Below are positions 60,901 to 64,000 of a stretch of DNA of 64,000 nucleotides, in pieces (the stretch's first letter is position 1; every line of letters starts with the position of its first letter). The position numbers and the translations under genes were made by a program. The notes beneath the pieces were generated by a model. It was not told where the DNA came from and ran no database searches. It saw nothing but the letters and a program-made list of their open reading frames with translations. Source of the stretch: Meyerozyma guilliermondii. Lineage: Eukaryota. The stretch spans positions 682,001 through 746,000 of the forward strand of contig CP128816.1 in assembly GCA_051546255.1 (NCBI GenBank), read 5' to 3'.

Positions 60901-62121
60901 AAATCCCAAAAGCTCGAACAGTGACACAGAAGAGAAGATATCGGCCGCAGTTCTTGTACCTCCTTCGATAGCATACAATGATAAAAATGCAACCATGGAA
61001 GTGAGTCCAATCAAACTCAATGCAAGTGCATTAATGATATTTCTTAGTGCTTGGATTTTGAAGACAACCTTCATCTCAGCTGCACGAGCAGCAAGAATAT
61101 TGGCCCAGTATGGGGTTTCCCACGAATAAAACTTGATCATTTTGATATTGTTGAGAGCCTCTCTAATCAATGACACTCTTTTGTCGGTGAGACCACTGAC
61201 AGTCTTTCTGAGCTTGAAAAGATATGTGGTTGCACCCAGAATAGCTCCGATAAATGCCAAGAAGACAACGATACCAATGACAGCAGAAACACCAATATTT
61301 ATCACCAAAATGGCGATAGAAACAGCCAAGGGAATTGGGAGGGCGATGATCAAGGTTTGGTAAATCATACCGACTTCCAAACGTGCAAGGTCTGTACCCA
61401 TAAGCGAATTGATATCACCTGAAGCAAATTGGTGGTGCGAACGAGGACTCAAGCGAAACGACTTCTCGAGGATCAAGGCTGTTAAAACAGATCTGACCTG
61501 AACGCCAACTCTAAATGCTTTGTACACTCCATGATTGACGAACAAACCACTGACACTAGCCATAAGGAAAAGACCTATAGCGTAGCCCACTCCTGGTCCA
61601 ACAGATCCCTGAGCGCCAGTGCTGCGAGCTTCCACAAACTTGATCAATTGCTTCGTAAGAAGAGGAATCAACGACGAAATGATCACGGATATACTGGTGA
61701 GAATTGCGGAATGCAATAACACACGGATCCAAGTTTCGTAAATGGAGAAGAGACAGACAAATTTCGACACCACAAACGTCGAGTCCGCTTCTTCGTCGCT
61801 GGTACACTTTTGGCGATGCTTTCTCCTGGCTTCAGCAATTCTTCGTTGGAAGATAGCTTGGAATCGATTCTTATAATTTCTCACGGCGAGGTCGTCAGTA
61901 AGTTTATAAAGATCATCCGGTTGAACAGTTCTTCTATAACCCACGTTAAGTAAGGGAATAAGCCATAGAAAGTATGCTCTACTGATTGGGTTTTTTATAC
62001 TTTTCGGAAAGCTGCGACGTTCATCATCATAAGGAACAGGTACTTGTTTCTTTCTTAGCAATGGAGTAAAGAGTCTCTTCTGATAGACAGGACCCTCTAT
62101 CTTTTCATTATCGTCTAACAT
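57982..62121 (-). CDS. YOR1: ABCC/MRP-type transporter, Yor1-like
   Basis: Two TMDs plus NBDs (GKIGSGKSS/LSGGQKARI; GRTGAGKSS/FSLGERQL); no TMD0; GYRRTVQPDDLY lasso motif. May be one of several paralogs. Confidence 0.85.
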   Translation of the reverse strand: MLDDNEKIEGPVYQKRLFTPLLRKKQVPVPYDDERRSFPKSIKNPISRAYFLWLIPLLNVGYRRTVQPDDLYKLTDDLAVRNYKNRFQAIFQRRIAEARRKHRQKCTSDEEADSTFVVSKFVCLFSIYETWIRVLLHSAILTSISVIISSLIPLLTKQLIKFVEARSTGAQGSVGPGVGYAIGLFLMASVSGLFVNHGVYKAFRVGVQVRSVLTALILEKSFRLSPRSHHQFASGDINSLMGTDLARLEVGMIYQTLIIALPIPLAVSIAILVINIGVSAVIGIVVFLAFIGAILGATTYLFKLRKTVSGLTDKRVSLIREALNNIKMIKFYSWETPYWANILAARAAEMKVVFKIQALRNIINALALSLIGLTSMVAFLSLYAIEGGTRTAADIFSSVSLFELLGFLIFLLPQCLSTTADVLVACKRVGKFLDVEEIGVDENYHHFNDPSSNKAIQLKQATFEWEIFEDEKTGDSKEKKSGTASPDIKLTGKKDTFQLKNVDFTINKGEFFVVTGKIGSGKSSLLQAMSGFMKTKEGQVEINGSLLFSGAPWIQNATIRENITFGLEYDPAYYKEVISACSLQDDFDSFAGGDLTEVGEKGINLSGGQKARINLARSVYANKDIILMDDCLSAVDARVGKHIVQECLLKLLGDKTRILATHQLSLILSANRVAYLSGDGTVDVGTLEELEARNSGFKELLSSNVKNITEDDSTNEKLSLNDDDISIEELPIEEESDHSRKSQTLTKRRVGASTDVLSIQTNDSDDNLKKGKLVEKEEQAVNSLRLEVYKTYLKYGSGKFRAWGFFLVFIPLMCISTFADIFTNTWLSFWVSHKFPGLSDATYQGIYLALVLLWLIFLTIEFVSLIGMTTNASKILNVVSIKRILHAPMSFIDTNPMGRIMNRFTKDTDALDNEISEQLRLFVYGLSRLVGMIILNIIYLPWIALLIPIMAALFIAFANYYQASCREIRRIEAVQRSFVYNTFNETLSGNTTIRAYKSEGRFSEKCESHLDRMNEAGYTVWALQRFLNIGLDTLANIVALVISLLCVNRVFKINAATAGLLVSYSLQLGPELTQLIRSWTMLENDMNAAERLCQYALHLPQEADHNVGTTSVEAPWPNRGEIEFDKVSFSYRQGLPHVLKELSFKVNSGERIGICGRTGAGKSSIMNALYRLNELADGKIFIDGVDISTIGLSTLRSNLSIIPQDPALFTGSIRRNLDPFDEHPDSVLWDALRRAGLIEETELDDVKVQQKDLDDELHKFHLQQEVEEEGINFSLGERQLIAFARALVRNSKILILDEATSSVDYGTDDKIQRTIVNEFKDCTILCIAHRLKTIISYDRILTLDHGEVKELDTPQNLFRKPDGIFRAMCLKSGITESDF

Positions 62122-62418
62122 TGCAATAAAGAAAACTGGAATCTACAAAACTATAAATAGGGGTGTGCCACCGATAGTATGGCACGGCACCATGCGTTGT
62201 ATCCGCGGTGCGGCTGGCAATCTTGTTAACTACGGAAGCGGATATATGCACGGAAATAAAGCTAGGTGTCACTTCCGGCGATCGCGCCTAAATTTGTCTG
62301 GGCTCGGCACATAAAAATGCGATTATTCAGCAGCATGATTCAGCGGTGATAAGCTTTGCGATATGAAATGTGACCGTAGGTAGAGTAGGATATTCTAGAG
62401 TAATACGGGTCACTTATA

Positions 62419-62427
62419 ATGAGTCAT
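62419..62427. promoter_or_regulatory. Gcn4/AP-1 consensus ATGAGTCAT
   Basis: Perfect 9-mer about 300 bp upstream of the ABC transporter ATG. Confidence 0.45.
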
Positions 62428-63008
62428 TTGGTCACATTTAGCCTAATTCAGGGTTGCAGTACATCACAGCGAATTGTGTGTAGGATTTGATAGGAGTCGT
62501 ATTTTGCTTCGCCTCGCACTAAACGGGTAAAAGTGAGGCTGCGATTGTATAGCGATCATAGATTTTCAAGTAAACGTTATTCGCACTCATTTTCAGATTG
62601 GTACACAAGTATTTTCTTTCGCGCTCTAGATTCTTTGATAACAAGGAACAATTATGCCTACAAAATAAATCAATTTGAGCTTCAAATTTCATTACGACAA
62701 GAGCCTAACAGGAGAGATCGCTACGAACATCTGCATTATCGAAAAAATGGTGATGAACTGAATATTTCAGTCTACTTATTCTTTAAACAAACCTGGCAAT
62801 TTGGATTCTTCTAATGTTCCAATGTAGTCCGTTCCACCATGCTATCTAATAGGTATCGCACCGTCACCAATCATTGAAAACAACTACTGGACATGAACAT
62901 TTCAAGCCACCTTGTAAGGAACTGCAGTTATGATAGCCCATTAACGATTGTTAAGAATACATCACCTTGTTGAGTAACCCAGTCGTATACAGTTGAGAAC
63001 ACAAAGAA

Positions 63009-63380
63009 TCATTTCATAAATTCAGTTTTTCTATCTTGAACGTCTTGTTTTGCAACATCTATTTCCTGAATTGATGTCAGATATTTTCCCAGAACTATAG
63101 CAGCAGATACCACCGATTCAAGCACTGCAGTAATACAATCTTCCCAGGTTGTCTTCTTCGCGTTATCATTGGGGCCGCACTGCTTGGATATATCGAGTAA
63201 ATGTCCTCCTCCCAGCGCAGCATACCCTACTGTGATAAGAAGCTTTCTGGTACTTAGCTCAACAAAAGTTGGCTCCAACGTTTCCAATGACTTTGCAGCG
63301 ATAGCAACGAGTATCCATTCCCAAGATGCTAAAACTCCAACGCTAATAGAACACAATATGATCAAGTGGTTAATCCTCAT
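63009..63380 (-). CDS. Signal-peptide 123-aa protein; possible killer-toxin alpha-domain homolog (truncated or pseudogene)
   Basis: Signal MRINHLIILCSISVGVLA; KQC...DC pair followed by a hydrophobic helix. Confidence 0.45.
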   Translation of the reverse strand: MRINHLIILCSISVGVLASWEWILVAIAAKSLETLEPTFVELSTRKLLITVGYAALGGGHLLDISKQCGPNDNAKKTTWEDCITAVLESVVSAAIVLGKYLTSIQEIDVAKQDVQDRKTEFMK

Positions 63381-63565
63381 ATCCAGTTTGTTATAAGTTT
63401 AATGAGATGTTTGATTGCAACTATTACAAGGAAAGAAACGCCTCCAATGGCTACCAATACGATGAAAACCCGTGATATACGTATAGCAGTACTGTCAATA
63501 GGACTATATTTAAAATGCTCTCTAATATTCTTGTCTGCCGAATCCTGTTCTTCTATATTGGTCAT
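63377..63565 (-). CDS. Small single-TM protein (62 aa from ATG 63565)
   Basis: RISRVFIVLVAIGGVSFLVIVAIKH TM segment; its stop overlaps the next ATG (ATGA). Confidence 0.3.
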   Translation of the reverse strand: MTNIEEQDSADKNIREHFKYSPIDSTAIRISRVFIVLVAIGGVSFLVIVAIKHLIKLITNWI

Positions 63566-64000
63566 TCCGGCTTCTATTTGAAGCGAAGGAAATTTGAATA
63601 GACTGTATATGCGGCGGGGACGGACGGTTCCGTAATGGTGCGGTACCGAGGCGTTTTTAAGCATACTGCGTGGCTCGCCTAAACAGTAAATGATAGCATG
63701 TGTTTGGTCAAAGGACTGAGCCTGAGTAATGTGATACTTTCTCAAAGGTCTAGAAAAATCATCAGTTTTCAGCTGGAAACTCGTTATAATAACTACGTTT
63801 TCTTGAAACATAAATAGCACCTCGTGCATGATAGTACATTACCGGCTTTGACTGCTTCAAAGTTCCATCACTCAAATTTAAAAGTGGGGTCTGTAATTGT
63901 TTGAGCTCGGAAATTGATGGTTGTGAATATTGTTAGCTTTCTTTTTGACATCTTCTTGACAGATGGTGCGGCGCAGAAGCTTTTCAAGCCGCACGAAATC

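Noticed and set aside
62533..62814. 93-aa plus-strand ORF
   Set aside because: GTG start, no in-frame Met, composition not protein-like.

Overview
Gene-dense chromosomal segment of a budding yeast (Saccharomycotina) that almost certainly decodes CUG as Ser: CTG sits at conserved Ser positions in several proteins, so the supplied ORF track mistranslates those residues as Leu. I can support about 37 conserved protein-coding genes: partial FAL1, DAS2, NUP170, an M28 aminopeptidase, RIM1, RIB4, SSH1, YPT10-like Rab, TRF4, IKS1, RIF1, HPR1, PTH4, a mitochondrial Prx5, DCP1, SPT20, an FHA protein, a PHYHD1-like dioxygenase, a TPN1-like permease, PET18/TenA, SCO1, RKM1, PHO88, Tudor-SN, UBC7, FMS1/CBP1, YPL225W-like, FAR8, NEW1, PRE8, UTP14, ALO1, a Pex34/36-like protein, DSL1, ATX1 and a YOR1-like ABC transporter, plus one uncharacterised 277-aa protein. 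There is one intronless tRNA-Leu(CAA) and three spliceosomal introns the ORF track misses (RIB4, SSH1, PRE8). Best leads: (i) a compact dioxygenase + NCS1 permease + TenA_E trio sharing a 130-bp promoter with a perfect palindrome (candidate thiamine-pyrimidine/B-vitamin salvage cluster); (ii) a signal-peptide ORF at the right end resembling a K1-type killer toxin alpha domain, overlapped (ATGA) by a small membrane ORF; (iii) a possible box C/D snoRNA in the PRE8 intron; (iv) orphan ORFs in gene-poor gaps. All gene names come from my recall of homologous sequences; no searches were run.
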